In this document: positions 12,858 to 25,687 of the stretch, piece by piece | Layout: each line of letters starts with the position of its first letter | How positions within the stretch are numbered: position 1 is the first letter of the stretch | DNA from: Moniliella sp. 'wahieum' | Lineage: Eukaryota | Direction: 5' to 3' | Assembly: GCA_003971905.1 (NCBI GenBank) | Contig: RSEE01000036.1 | Location: forward strand, 496,001-560,000 | DNA length: 64,000 nucleotides | The notes under the pieces: generated by a model | Told to the model about the DNA's origin: nothing | Database searches by the model: none | Seen by the model: only the letters and a program-made list of their open reading frames with translations | Program-made: the position numbers and the translations under genes

Positions 12858-14615
12858 ATGACTGCTCCCGGCCCGCCCACGATCGCCGCCTTGATGGAGC
12901 AGATGGAGCAAATGCGCGAGCAAAATCGCCAGCTCCAAGCCCACAATGCTGCCCTCCTGGCCCGCCACGCCGACCCCCGCCCCCCCGCCTCGGCCCCACC
13001 ATCCTCGTTCGCCCCGTCATCCTTTGCCCCCGCCACCCAGTCCTTGGCCAGCGTCCTGAACGTCTCCTCCCTTGCATCTGTTGCATCACCCGACCTCAGC
13101 TACGACACGTCCTTCCCAGCCGCCCCGCCAGCTGCCCCGCAGACCGCTCTGCCCCCCCAGTCCTCTGCCCTGGCTGTCTACGAACGCGCTCTGGCGCGGG
13201 ACCAGCAGGAATCACTCGAAGTCCAGCGCAAGCTCAATCAACCCCTCGGCCCTGAGCTCGTCTTACGCGGGCGGGACCAAGTACGTATACCCCCATTCCC
13301 CATTCCCCATTCCCCATTCCCTCCTTGGGTTCGGTCTGTGGGTGTGGATGACCAATGATGGCGACTAACCCGGCCAGATGGACGACCACTCACCTACCTG
13401 GCCACTCACCAGGCCGTGCGGCTTGCCAACGACGTCTTCCGCCACGACCAATGGTCTTCTGACATTCTCGAAATCCATCCCGAGTTTCGCATGCGCTCCG
13501 AAAACGTCTATGACGTATACTGTTGGGTGCGCGTCCAGGTCACCTTGCGCAACGGCGCCTACCGTCAAGACGTGGGCGCTCACTCGCTGTCCAACCAACG
13601 CGACCTGGACTCGGCCCGCGAAAATGTAGGTCCCTGCCAGCGCCGGTAGAGTGGCAGGATGATACTGACCTTCCTGTTCTAGACGATGAAGTCGGCCGTT
13701 TCGGATGGGATCAAACGCTGTCTCAGGGCGTTTGGAGATCGGCTCGGGTACGTCCTTGATTACAGCTACCTAGAGCGAAGCGAACTAACCCCCCCACCCA
13801 CCCCGCTCACCCCTGTCTCTCAGTCTGTGTCTGTATGACGAGAAGTACCGCCGCTTCGCAGGCAACCTTTCCAAAGTCAAGATGGTTCGTCCTCCTCCCC
13901 TTCTTTCTTTTCTTCCGTCTTGAGTGCAAGTCAGCTAACGATCGCACAGGAATACGATGTCACAAATGTGTACCGAGGCGATCAGTTTATGGCAAACCAG
14001 AAATCCCCCGCACCCTATGGGGCGTCTTCTTCCACAACCCTCCTGCTCCTAGTTCCAATGCTGCGACAGCTGCCCCTCACCCCCGAGCGTCTGCTTCGTC
14101 AGTGCACCCACCCGCCGCTGCACCGGCCATGTCAAAGAAAGACAAGGCGGGGGATCCGACGTCCCGCATCAGCTCGGCCCCCGGTGCTTCAATGACCGAG
14201 GGCGCCGCGCCCAATAACTTTGCCGCGCAAAAGGCCAAGGCAGAGCGGGAGGCCTTGGAGAAGCGTCAACGATACCAAGAGAAGCGAAAGCAGGAGCAAC
14301 AAGGTAAGAAGGCCCAGGACGACCTAGCCGAGACAAAGCGAAAACGGAACGACGAGCCAGCTCGCGCGGGGAAGCGGATCCATTCGGAACCTGGCATGTC
14401 CGTACAGACGCGGGCGCGGTTCTTCCCAGCGCACAGGGCACATCGGTTCCCGCAGTGGAAGGAGACGAAGATACGATGACACGGAATTGGCTGCCTCTCA
14501 GCTCGCCTCGTTCTTCACGGACGATCTGGAGGAACCCGAGGGCCAGAGTCACACGTCGGGCGTGTTCCGTGGATCTGATACGGTCAGCGCGCCTTTACGA
14601 ACCCCGGTCACGTAA
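12858..14615 (+). CDS. Rad52/Rad22-family single-strand annealing protein (divergent)
   Basis: After splicing (first intron 13281-13377, then three more) and a 1-nt correction: QRKLNQPLGPELVLRRAGPNGRPLTYLATHQAVRLANDVF...WSS...VRVQVTLRNGAYRQDVG...[28 protein letters not shown]. 3' end approximate. Confidence 0.8.
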
Positions 14616-14880
14616 CCGGTAACCTATCCCCCTATATGTCATGGAGAATGGCATGCCATGTCGCGGCATCCCATGACTATTCTATCCCATCCATGCCATC
14701 CCACCCATGGCATCTGTCGTATTCCCCCCGTTTGTTTTATTATACACTCTAAGTTGGTGCTGGCTCTTCCCGTAGTGGGTTGCTAGCCTACTTTTAATTC
14801 TGTTCGGTCGATACGTTAGCCTTGGCCTCAATCGAAAAGGAGTTTGTGTTGATAGGTGTATCACGCCCCTGTCAAGCAAA

Positions 14881-14982
14881 GTCGGGTTAGCTCAGATGGG
14901 AGAGCGTGAGATTGAAGTTGGACTTCGATACCACATCCTTCGGGATTCCTCAAGGTCCCCGGTTCGATCCCGGGACACGACA
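14881..14982 (+). tRNA. tRNA-Phe (GAA) with ~29-nt intron
   Basis: A box TAGCTCAGATGGGAGAGC, anticodon loop TTGAAG, T arm CCCGGTTCGATCCCGGG, acceptor GTCGGGT/ACACGAC (1 mismatch), followed by a TTTTT Pol III terminator. Confidence 0.85.
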
Positions 14983-16055
14983 TTTTTGCTGCGCTTCGAT
15001 TTGAGCTTGGATTTGATCGTGCCTGGGCGAATAAGATCGGCGTGCACTGTGGGATGAGACCCAGTCGGCCCAAAAAGAACAGGGGGGACAAATGGCTCCC
15101 AATGGCTGGTGGGGGGGGAAGGGGGCAGCACATGGCTGCCATGTCTGCCGCACCCATGAGCCCATGAGCCCAACTCGGTACCTGATGATGGAAGGCGATC
15201 CGTTATTTGCGTACCCCACGCTTTTCTCCTCGCCTGGGACCATGATCCTGGCAAGTTGCGTATATATGCACCGCACAACAGTAGGAACAACAGAGAGAGA
15301 ATACATAACCCTCATTATGCCCAGAGTTCAAGGAGGATTGCGCGGGCGCGTGAGGGGGCTGATGGGCATGAGGGGGCGGCAAATGGGTAGCCATTTACAA
15401 CTGAGGCTACCGGGTGGAAGAGGATGGCGAGAACCGAGTCGGTCCTTGTGGAGGACTGTGGTGACTTTTGAGAACGCCGGAATGATGGCGGGTGGCTGTT
15501 GGGGGACGGGGTGGGGGGAAAGGTATTGGGGGTACCGGTGCCTCTAAAGTGTCTTGGGGTGCAGATCGCACCCCACCTGCAAGTGGACGGTTCAACGCTG
15601 GGGGAAGAGTAGCGTAAGATGATCAATGCAAAGCAAATCCCGAGGGGGAGATGGGCAGTCGGGCTAGGATACCACGAGATCAAAAGGGGACCGTGGTGCC
15701 GCGATAATTGCGCAACCTGCGAGTGGAACCCAGCCAGCATCCGTCGGGCACTTTATAGAGCTCCACGTGGGTCATGTCAGCGGGGGCAAAGAGAGCATGT
15801 GCGGCGGCCGGGTCGGTGGTTGATGACGAAACGGGCCGATCCGAAATGTGCTGGAGGAGAATCGGTGGGCAACCAACATGCCCGTCAGAAAGACGAGATG
15901 AGCACTGCTCATGCCATTTGTATCTGCAACCGGTTAGCTTTGACCTGCGCTTCACGCGGTGCACGACCCTGGCATACGGCATCGATGAAGTGGAGGGTCG
16001 GGCGACCCATGTCTGACATTGCTGTGCAAGGGACGTTGAAGGGGCTTCACGCGAC

Positions 16056-18387
16056 CTAAGCGGAGGCAGCGGGGTCATGGCTTCCATACTTTTCTCCAGC
16101 ACTTTGCACCGCAACCGCAGCTGGTGACTCAATGCAGCATACTCGGTCCACCTGGCCTGGTGGAGAGGGTCCGCCGCAAGGAAGGCACGAGAGGGAGGGG
16201 GTGCGGATGAAGACGCTCAACAATTGACCGGTCCAGCGCCACGTCATCATACGTTGGGGTGACAGCTCTTGCGCAGGTGGATTCGGCTCAAATGTAGTTT
16301 GGGTACCTTGCTCGACATATGTAATTGCGCTCGGCAGCTTCAAACGCCGCTTATACTGCCTCGTGACCAGCTCGATCAAAGCGTGCTCACCTCCTTTGCT
16401 TTCCCCGGGAAGCGCCAAGTCGGATTCCCCATCAGAGCCAGAGCCAGAGCCAGAGCCAGAAGCCTCCTCTGCTTGGACCAAGGCCAATTCGCGCTCGACT
16501 TCTACACCAAATCGGCAAGAGAGCGTTCCATTCAGTGTGGCTCGCGCATTGGTTCCTTTGGCCTTACGAAGGCTATTGGCAGCCGTTGAAGTTCGAGCCT
16601 GCTCCGCTAGATCGTCCTTGAGCTTGTTTACTGTTGTCCGCAGGGTCAACATGTCTTGCACCAACTTCTCATTTCGCTCTGTAGGCCCAACCACTGCTCC
16701 ATCCACTTCTCTTTTTCCTCAATGGCATGTTTAAGTCGGGAACACTCGGATTGGGCCTACAGTAGATACCATAAAGCCAGGTTAGAAGGTTGACAGATAG
16801 ATGAGAGACGTTGCGGTGCGTACCATCTCGGCTTGGTCTCGCTCGTATTCTTCGCTTTCTTTCAGACCGGCCAGTTGATCTCGCAGTTCACCCCGTTGCC
16901 GACGTAGGTTCTCCGTCTCAACTGGGTAGACACAAGTCCACGTTAATCCCAAGTCCGCCAATACCCCATGAGAGAAACGTACTCATCAAGTCCTCCATTT
17001 GTTCGCGGCTTTTGGTATGGATCTCTTCTAGGTCCGCATTGCGGCGAGTCAGAGCGGTGAGCTCAACCTCAAGCAGTGCCATTTGGTCCGTAAAATACGT
17101 TGCTTTGAGCAACACCTTCCGTTCCTCCCGTTTCTTACTGGCCAAGTTGTCTTCGGCTGCTTCCAGATGGGCCAGTAACTCGGCCACTTGCTCTTCATGT
17201 TCGTCCTCCTTTGTTTCGAGTGTGCGCTCCAGCATGCGACGCAGCCGTGCCAGCCGCTCGTTTTCCTGAGACAGTTCGGCCATGGCCAAGGGCGTGTCGC
17301 CCAAGCTGATGGCATCGGAAAAGTCCATCGCCGACAACGTCATCACCCTTCCTCGTTCAACTCAAGGGTGAAGGAACGAAGGGATGGGTCGCTGCCCACA
17401 TGGTAGGAGGTAGGACGGAAACCCCACCCCTTCTCGTTTCTGCTAGCTTCAGGGTTGGGAAGGACGCCGTCGAAAGAGCGTCGGCCATGACCCGTATCGG
17501 ACCGTACCCACGGCTTTGAAGGCGGTTCAACCTTGCCGCCGTACACCCGCAGCAAGCTTCTGTCCCTAGGCTGCTGGGGCTGGCTGGTTTGCCTGCGGCC
17601 GGACTCGAGCGGACTGGAGCGTGGTTCACGGCGGGGGGGAGAGGAGGAGCCCGCGAAGGACGTTTTCAGAGCGGAAGTGGAGGCAGCGAGCGAGGTATAA
17701 CGGGAGCAGGAAATGATAATGCTCTGGGAGGCGCCGCAGTTCAATCCAATCTCCTCCTCGATTGCATCGCTGCTAAGAGCGGGAAGTGAAAAGGCCAAAA
17801 CACGCTTTTCGGGGCTCGAACGGTCGTCACAGTAGGGGGATGGGATGGAAGATGCAGCCGGCAACGGAAAAGGTGCCGCTCCTGGGATCGACTCATCATC
17901 GTCGTTGGAGGGTGAGGTGGAGACAGAGGAGACAGGCGAAGCAGGAAGGAAGAAGATGAGATGCTTCTTGAAGGATCATCTCGACCAACTGTTCGGGTCC
18001 CATGTCCACCGAAGCATGCTGGGATGCAAACGCTTCGATTTGGGGCAGCAAGCTAGGGTGGATTAGGGGGTGTGATATCGACCTCTGCTTCAGCGCATTA
18101 CTCTTTTTGGCGCTCGGCGCGCATGTCCTCAAACTCGCGCAAGATAGCGGGGAAGTTGCCGCAGCGGAGGTGACCGGGAGGCAAGTCGCCTACATCAGCT
18201 TCCCCCTGGGTACTCGGATGGGGGTCGGGAGAATGGGGCTGTTGATATTGGCCGGCAAAGCGACGGAAGATGTCTTGGACCTGCAGCTCCACCCGACGCA
18301 CATCGAGAGGGCGGCGGTGCTGCCTGATGGAGCGGGGGTGGTCGGGGGCGCAGGATGGACGATAGAAGCGTTGTGAGCACTGGGCAT
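16056..18387 (-). CDS. Long coiled-coil protein of unknown function (frameshift-fragmented)
   Basis: Successive minus-strand ORFs 18098-18451, 17896-18132, 17343-17864, 16918-17346 (heptad-rich E/K/L) and 16056-16706 look like one gene; no recognised domain. Confidence 0.5.
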
Positions 18388-18783
18388 GGCGGGCGAGGCC
18401 TAGACGCCGGTGGCGACTCCCGAGTGACGAGATGCCCAGCAAACAACCCATCGTGTCCCCTCAGTCTGAGTATACTCAGCTCACTCCGCCTCGCCTCGCC
18501 TGCCCCGTCCCGATGGTGGTGGTGGCTGCGCCACATGGGACGCCACATGTGATGTGGCAGCATATGTCACACGGTATCACATGTGATGCATGTGATGGCT
18601 CACGCCCCTCGACATAAACGATCGCTCCTCCACGCTGGAAGCTGCCCGCTGCCCACGAAGCCTGGCCGCGCCGATCAGTGATGATCATCTCCGTCCTCAA
18701 CCGGAGGCACCAGTCCGAGGCACCTCTCTCCCTCGTCGTGTTCGCCTCCCGTCTCCGCCGCCGCTGCCGCTGCCGCCACCTCC

Positions 18784-20281
18784 ATGCCCTCCTCCATGCC
18801 CCCTCCCGGCGTTCAGCGTCCCCGCCCTGCCCCCTCCCCGGCGCGCAGCATCCCTCCCCGCCAAGAGTTGGACCAGGGCGAGTCCTTCCTGGAGGATCCC
18901 AGCGACGACGAGGACGCGCAAGACGGCTGCAACCCCCGCCGCCTGTCAAGCCGCGTCGGCGCAAACCCCCTCCGTTGGCAGTGCACGACTCAATTTTCTC
19001 CTACACATCCGCCGCGCTGCGTTCGCCGGTCCCCGAACCCACGCCGAGACTCGATTCGTACGTGCTGGCCCCGTCAGACGCTGCCAATGGGCGCGACTAG
19101 TCGGCCGTCCGACTTGCAGTTCAACCCAGCACCGGATCGGACCATGGGGACATTGGACAAGTACGACTTGACTGCTTGCGGGTTGTCAGAGGAGAGTGCG
19201 AGTTACCATGCCAAACTCTCGGAGCAGCTAGCCACTCTCGCGCTGGCTGGGGCACAACACAGCCAAGGTGGTCCCGTTGTTTGGTCCAACGATGATCTCC
19301 AGTTCATCTCGGACTTGGGCGCCGGCAATGGCGGCACTGTGACCAAGGTGCGTCACCTCCCCACCAACACCATCATGGCCAAAAAAACGGTCATTATCGA
19401 TGCCCAGCCCGCGGTGCGCAAGCAGATCCTGCGTGAACTGCAGATTATGCACGAGTGCCGCGACATCTCCATTGTTGGCTTTTACGGCGCCTACCAGACC
19501 GAACTCTCCCATATCTGCATGTGTATGGAGTATATGGATAAGGGGTGCGTACCACCTCGTTTTCCTTTGTTTTTTCTTGGATTGGTTCACTCACATTGCC
19601 CCCCTGCCCTGTTAGATCGTTGGACCAGATTTACAAACAACATGGCCCCATTCCTTACCCTGTCTGTGCCCTTGTGGCAGGTGTGGTGGTGAACGGCTTG
19701 GCCTACCTCTATGATGTGCACCGTATCCTCCATCGCGACGTGAAACCCAGCAACATTCTTGCCAACAGCCGAGGCCAACTCAAGCTCTGTGACTTTGGCG
19801 TGTCGGGCGAGCTGACCAATTCACTCTCGGTGGCGAACACGTTCGTGGGCACATCGGCCTACATGGCGGTACGTACCGAAGCCCGAACCCATCATGACCA
19901 CTCATGCGATGACGGTGCCGTGTACTGACTTGGGCTTCTGCTCCCCTTACAGCCGGAACGGATCCAAGGCGGCGAGTATACGATTAAGAGCGATATCTGG
20001 TCTTTGGGCATGACCTTGATCGAGCTTGCCCTCGGTCATTTCCCCTTTCCGCTGACGAGCAAGGCCCAATGAGCATCCTCGACTTGCTGCAGCAGATTGT
20101 CAATGAGCCGAGTGCCCAGCTACCTCCTTCCTTTAGCCCGTTGCTTCGTTCGTTCACCGACGCCTGTCTGCTCAAAGATCCTACGGCAAGGCCATCGCCC
20201 AAGGAGCTGCGTCGGTCCCCGCTTCTCACCACCGCCTTGACCCTCACCTTTGATCTGGCCTCCTGGCTCAACTCGATCTAA
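18784..20281 (+). CDS. MAP kinase kinase, Ste7/Fuz7 family
   Basis: [75 protein letters not shown]. Introns ~19545-19616 and ~19869-19952. Start approximate. Confidence 0.92.
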
Positions 20282-21624
20282 TGACCCCAACTGCATACCA
20301 TGCTCGGCTACCCTATCCATACTGCATCTTCCCTTTTCATTGTGCTTGTTCTTTCTCTGCCTCTCACGCGTTCTCCTTGCTGTCTCCACTTGTGTGCTAG
20401 CGGGCATCGTTGTCTAACATAATTCCCCATCCTACCCCTTTTCTCCCTTTTCTCCCTCAAGATTCTACTCCGGAGTCCTCATGTGCTCCGCCATTGCATC
20501 CAATCCCCTCACACCCCACCCCAACCACCCAAGTTCGGCGTGTACTTGACCGGTATAAATCTCTGGCGCGGGAAGGTACGCCAAGAAGGAAGTGGCATAC
20601 CCAGTCGTCTGCGATCCCACCAGATCCTACCCGGCAAGGTAGCGTCAGCGCCCAACAAGCGCGTGTGCTGGACTGGCGTATGAAAAAAATGCCTCAGGCC
20701 TGATCGGCCTGATCAATGGTTGGGGCAGCAGGGAGTCCAGGGGAGCCCCGGTACCTGCCCAGCGGGGGGACGTTACAGAATAGAATCCATTCGGACGTCA
20801 AGCTGAAGCAGGACAGGAGGGATAAGGTGAGGGCGGAGGGGGAAAGAAGGAGGGGAGAGACGTGCAATATTATAAACGGATCTCAGGCCGTGGTGCGTCG
20901 ATCCTTAAACGTTATCCACGACCCTGCTCCTTCTGTGCTCTGCCTAGGGTCCGGGTACCATTCCTGATTCAGGGCGAGGGCGATCGATCCTGGCCAGGGA
21001 TCAGCAAAGAAGGGATGGCGGGGGCTGGAACCAACGGGGACAAATGAGAAGGAGAAAAGGGGGGGGGCAGTACATACACCCCAACTAGGGTATGCGGCAG
21101 CGAATGCGAACAAAAGCGGCGAATGCGGACAAAAGCGGCGAATGCGAAATAGAACACAGCATCACGGGTATCGAAAGGTTGGGTACCGGTAGGTGAGGTA
21201 GGCAAGAAGGTAGGTAAGGTATACGGTAGGTATCTAGCGTACTCGTACCCACACCCTTACGCGGTGGCAGTGGAGCGGTGCCGGCAACGGCGCATCACGC
21301 TTGCTGGGCTCCGTGCTCCGTGGCACCAGCGCAGTCGCAGGCGCAGGAGCTGGGGCTGGGACTGGGACTGGGGGTATGGTAGAGCCTAGGCTGCCCGCAC
21401 TGCTATGGCCAATCCCTTGGGGAGGAACCGTGCGGTCGTGTGAGACGTGGTGGGTGCGGCTGGAGGCTTGGAGACTCCAAGGCGAGAGGGGAGGAGCGGG
21501 GGCAAAGTTGGGACTTGCGAGGGAGGGGAGGATACAAGACGGTGTCCCCGCCCACCGCGCTTGCCTCCCCAAAGACGGGAAGTGCGACTGGCGGGTTTGG
21601 CGCCAAGGGCCGAAGTGGCCAACT

Positions 21625-24600
21625 TCATGCGAAGTTGCTGGGAAAGAAACTCTTGCGTGCCAGGGCGCATGCTGGGAGAGAGGGAGCGCGCAAGGTCAGC
21701 AAATGCAGATGGATCGTGACGAAGCAAACAAAAAAAGAAAAAAAGACGTACCGGAGGATACGAAGATAACCTCCTCTGTACTGAAGTCGTCCAGGACTTT
21801 CTTCTGAGCCTTGCGCTTCTTGATAGTTCCCAAGGAGCGCTGGTTGATCACACTTTTCGTCCTCCCGACCGTCTGAGAATTGGCCTGTTTTTGCAAGGAG
21901 CGTTGCATAACACGTGAACACTCGAGCATCAACTCATCCGTCGACAAGTCGTTCAGCACCACAAACTCATCCAGCTCACGGAACTTGGCCGTCTGAAGCA
22001 CATCCACCGGAAGTCCATGCACCTCGTTGGTCTCTCATCGCGGGCTAAAAAGTAAGTAAAGAGGAAGAGGCGCCACTTCATTACCACAGCAATGTGACGA
22101 TCGTCCAGCGGCCGCATGCTTGACGGCTCGTCCGACAGGGGGGGTAACAGAATCCCCTGTAGTGTGATCAGCACTTGCTTCCACACTTTGGACAGCACCG
22201 TCAATCGTTCACTGGGTTCAGGTTCTCGTTGAGAGTGGCGAGCACTGTGTCAAAGTAGTCGAGTAAAGGGGCAATCGCGTGCTCGATCTCGGCATCCGTG
22301 AGCTCGATCCCTTTGGTGCGTGCTCGCAATGGCCCCGTGTCAACGGGAGGAATGAGCGAGTCGCTGGTACCGCTGGTCGTCGCGGCCCAGGCGACGAGGC
22401 AAAATTCTTGACTTTCCCCAAGCTTTTGCCCATCGACGTATGAGTTCTGACGAGCGACTTGACTGTACTCCGGGAGAGGCATTGCCTGATAAAGACACCA
22501 ATCTTGTCGACGATGGTGCGGATCATGTCACTTTCACACCGCTTCAGTGAGCGGAAAGCACGGCCAAAATGAAAGAGAATATGCTCTTGCTCTGTCTCGA
22601 CGCTGAGGCGGAGGTGAAGCTTTCCTTGCATGTCGAGGTCCAAAACCAAGTCCGTGCTCGTAAGCTCTTGGAACAAGTCGGGATCCAGCTTGATCATTGT
22701 TCGTCCGCAGGACTGCTCTGCCCCACCCATTTGACGTTCCATGACCGTAGCGTGAGCCAGACTGGGTCCTCAACAGCAATGTCATATGACTCGTCCCACC
22801 GCGGTTCACACGTATCGTACACGGTCCGTGTCCGGGCTAGCTGGGTGCGTGTCGCCTCATTGCTCAGCACAACAAATGAGTCAAGGGGCGCATCGAACCC
22901 AGTACCCATTCCAACCGAACGGAGCCCGTCGGCTTGGACAACCTTGATGGTGAATAGGTGTCGCTGACGCTCCTGTCCCACAAGCCCAGGCTCAGGAATG
23001 GGTGAACCACCAGTCTCGCTCCGGTTGGCCAAGGCGTGCTGAGCAAGAATGTTTGACTGGGCATCGGCATCCATCTTGGTATAGAGCGTGTCGAGCAACT
23101 GGCGTGCTTTCTGAATATTGTTGAGTTTGACGCACGTTGCTGGCTGGAGAGCAAACGGTTCCACCTTGCTCTCCCCCCTGAGCGTCTGTTTGGCCCGCGC
23201 AACCCAGGCATAGTGTTGTTTTTGCCCTTCGGTCGTGCTCGCATCCAGGGGACGAGCTAAGATCTCAGTCATAAACATCGCCTCAATCCGTGCGCAGTAC
23301 TGCTCGATAGCCCGACTAAACGTCTTGGCCAAAGACGTTTTAAACAAGGCCAGGCTGTACGCGTCGGGCCAAGCTAAGCCATCGAGAAAGTCAAGAGGCT
23401 GTTGCAGAGCACAAAGAGATCATCAATCGAGCTGCTGTGGAACGCGCCGCACTGTCAATGGGCTCAAACGTGTCAATGCGCACCGCCGTGTCCACCCACT
23501 CGGTGTCTTTTCCGATGTGCGCAGTAGCCAATGTTCCACGTGTGGCTGGAACCAATCCGCCACATCCAGATTCCAATGCATGTTGGGACAGATTCGTTGA
23601 AACGGACTCTGCAGTCCTACCACGTCCCCATAGAGCTGAAATAGATCGTCGAAAGAAATCGGACCCTGCTCGCGCAACGCTAGATCCACCACCTTGGGCT
23701 TGATCAGTTTCATATCGTTCCAAACAAGGGAACCTGCTGTTCCACCATGAGCGACGTAATGTCCAGGCCGCCACCGAGCGTTGGCTGAGGGAAGCGTTTA
23801 GTGAGCTTGCGCATATGCTTGGCGAGCCAAATGCAAAGCTTTGATAACCTGGTCACAATCTGAGTTTCATCCCCATCGGGAGAGAGAATCTCCGTTGACA
23901 GTTCTTTGTATTGGTGGATGGCTTGGACATGGACCAGGTCCTTGAGATCGTCCAATCGGGTGTCGAGCAAAGTTTGCGACTCGGATGAGTGATCGAGAAG
24001 GTCGAGAAGGCGGAGTGGAGGTGCATTGCCAACTCGTCCCAACGATCCAGCTCCTCTAGATCCGTGTTCCGAAGCTCTTGCAGCTGGTTGGCGATCTCCG
24101 TGAGCGCTCGCTCTAACAGGCGGAAACTCAGATCGTGCAGCATGCGTTGCTCCCTCGTCATCCAATGCGATGTCGGCTGATCCTTCACCGCCCATTCTAC
24201 TCGCTTCATCACAGCCTCAACACAGTCGATGGGGATGGTGATTGGGCCATTTTGCTGGTCGAGTTGGTCAAGGACAAGTTGAAGATGGACGAGGCGACAA
24301 AATGGCTCCCGTACGCGCCACACTTCTGCGGTTTGTTCCAACAGGTCCACATTGGCCGCAGAGAGGATGGTAAGCTCGACTCCCTCGTCGTCAGCACTCG
24401 AGGCAATCATGTGTAGGTCACGTCAAAACATAGTTCAATCACGCGGCGATAGAGCCGCACAGGATGACGTGGAACAAATACAAAATCGCCCGTTGGTAGC
24501 CCGGGGTAAGAGAGGTATCAGGTGTGTTGGGCGGTTGTCACTAGAAAGAGGATCGGTGGAAGGATTGCGCAACAGTTCGGGATTGTTCGTGCACAACGAG

Positions 24601-25687
24601 GCAATTCGGCGAGAAAGGTAGTCGAGCTCACCTGCCTTCCAAGTCTTCCAGGCCTCATCGTTGTCAAAATCGGTTTTTCGCCCTGGCCACACGTCGCCCA
24701 AATTGACATTAGCCGATGTGTGCTTTAGGTCGGTTAGAACGGCCTTTTGGGTGCAAGTACGGCGAATCGTGTCAATGTCTTCGAGAAGCTGGTCGTACTC
24801 AATGCCCAGAAGATGAGAGCAACAGTGAGGAATACGGGTTGCTCCTCGACTAGCTCGGAGGCCGGCATGGTCAGGACAGATAGAGGATCCGTCGGAGCTG
24901 CTTCTAACGGGAGTCCCGGGGATGGAGAAGAAACGTGAAAAGGAGGCTGACGCAGTGTGGGATCGTACAGGATGCTCCAGTGTCGCCACATACGAATCAA
25001 GCCGGGCCAGAAGCTCTTTGGCGATCCAAGGAAATCCCGGGCTCCCGAGCGCATCGTGGCAACTGTATCGCGTACGAGGCGGACAAAGACGAACCTGATC
25101 GTTGCTTCTCTTCCATTCGGTTCCTTGCGATTGAGAAGCAAGGTGAGCTTGGGCATGTGTAGTAAAGTGAAGAATCAATTCTTCGACCCGACGACTCTCC
25201 TTAAGTCCACGCTGAAAGTCTTTGGTTGCGTAGCGGGTGGAAAACGCAGCAATGGTGCTGCAAAAGAGGGGTCGGATATGTAGAGTCGGTACCATTGGCA
25301 ACAATGGTCATGCGGTCACCCAAACGCTTGATGAGGCGATCGGGGTACTTGGCCTCCTTGACCCCGCATGTGAGGAAGACGAGCTAAGCACGTCGGAGAG
25401 GGCAGCAATGCCGCGATGGGCAGTCTTCCGCTTGGTGGCGGTGGGGGCAGTGGAGGTGTCAGGCGTATTTCCCGATGAGGAGGTTGCGCGAGGTGCGAGT
25501 GGGGACGTCGAGGACGTATGGCGTGGGATAAAAAGGGCATGCCAGATAGCAGCCTGGATAAGGTACTGCCCACACAGGGGAAGGGGAAGAGGTCACATGT
25601 CAGCAAGATGCTCTCGCAGCGACCAGGCGGCCGACATACCACATACACATCGACGTCGGAGAAGTCCGAGTCGACGGGAAGGGGCAT
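21625..25687 (-). CDS. C2- and MUN (Munc13-homology)-domain protein, YOR296W/Git1-like
   Basis: C2 domain (LFTIKVVQADGL...DSFVVLS...LARTRTVYDTCEPRWDESYDI) flanked by helical MHD-type regions (CVKLNNIQKARQLLD; FHFGRAFRSLKRCESDMIRTIVDK; IAPLLDYFD; VLSKVWKQVL). Many frameshifts. Confidence 0.8.

Noticed and set aside
21100..21150. CRISPR-like or functional repeat (19-bp unit x2.5); similar short repeats at ~12800, 13291, 36340 and 60258
   Set aside because: Simple tandem duplications without spacers, in a eukaryotic context.
21188..21235. Telomere-like GGTA-rich tract
   Set aside because: Irregular, short and internal; no fixed repeat unit.
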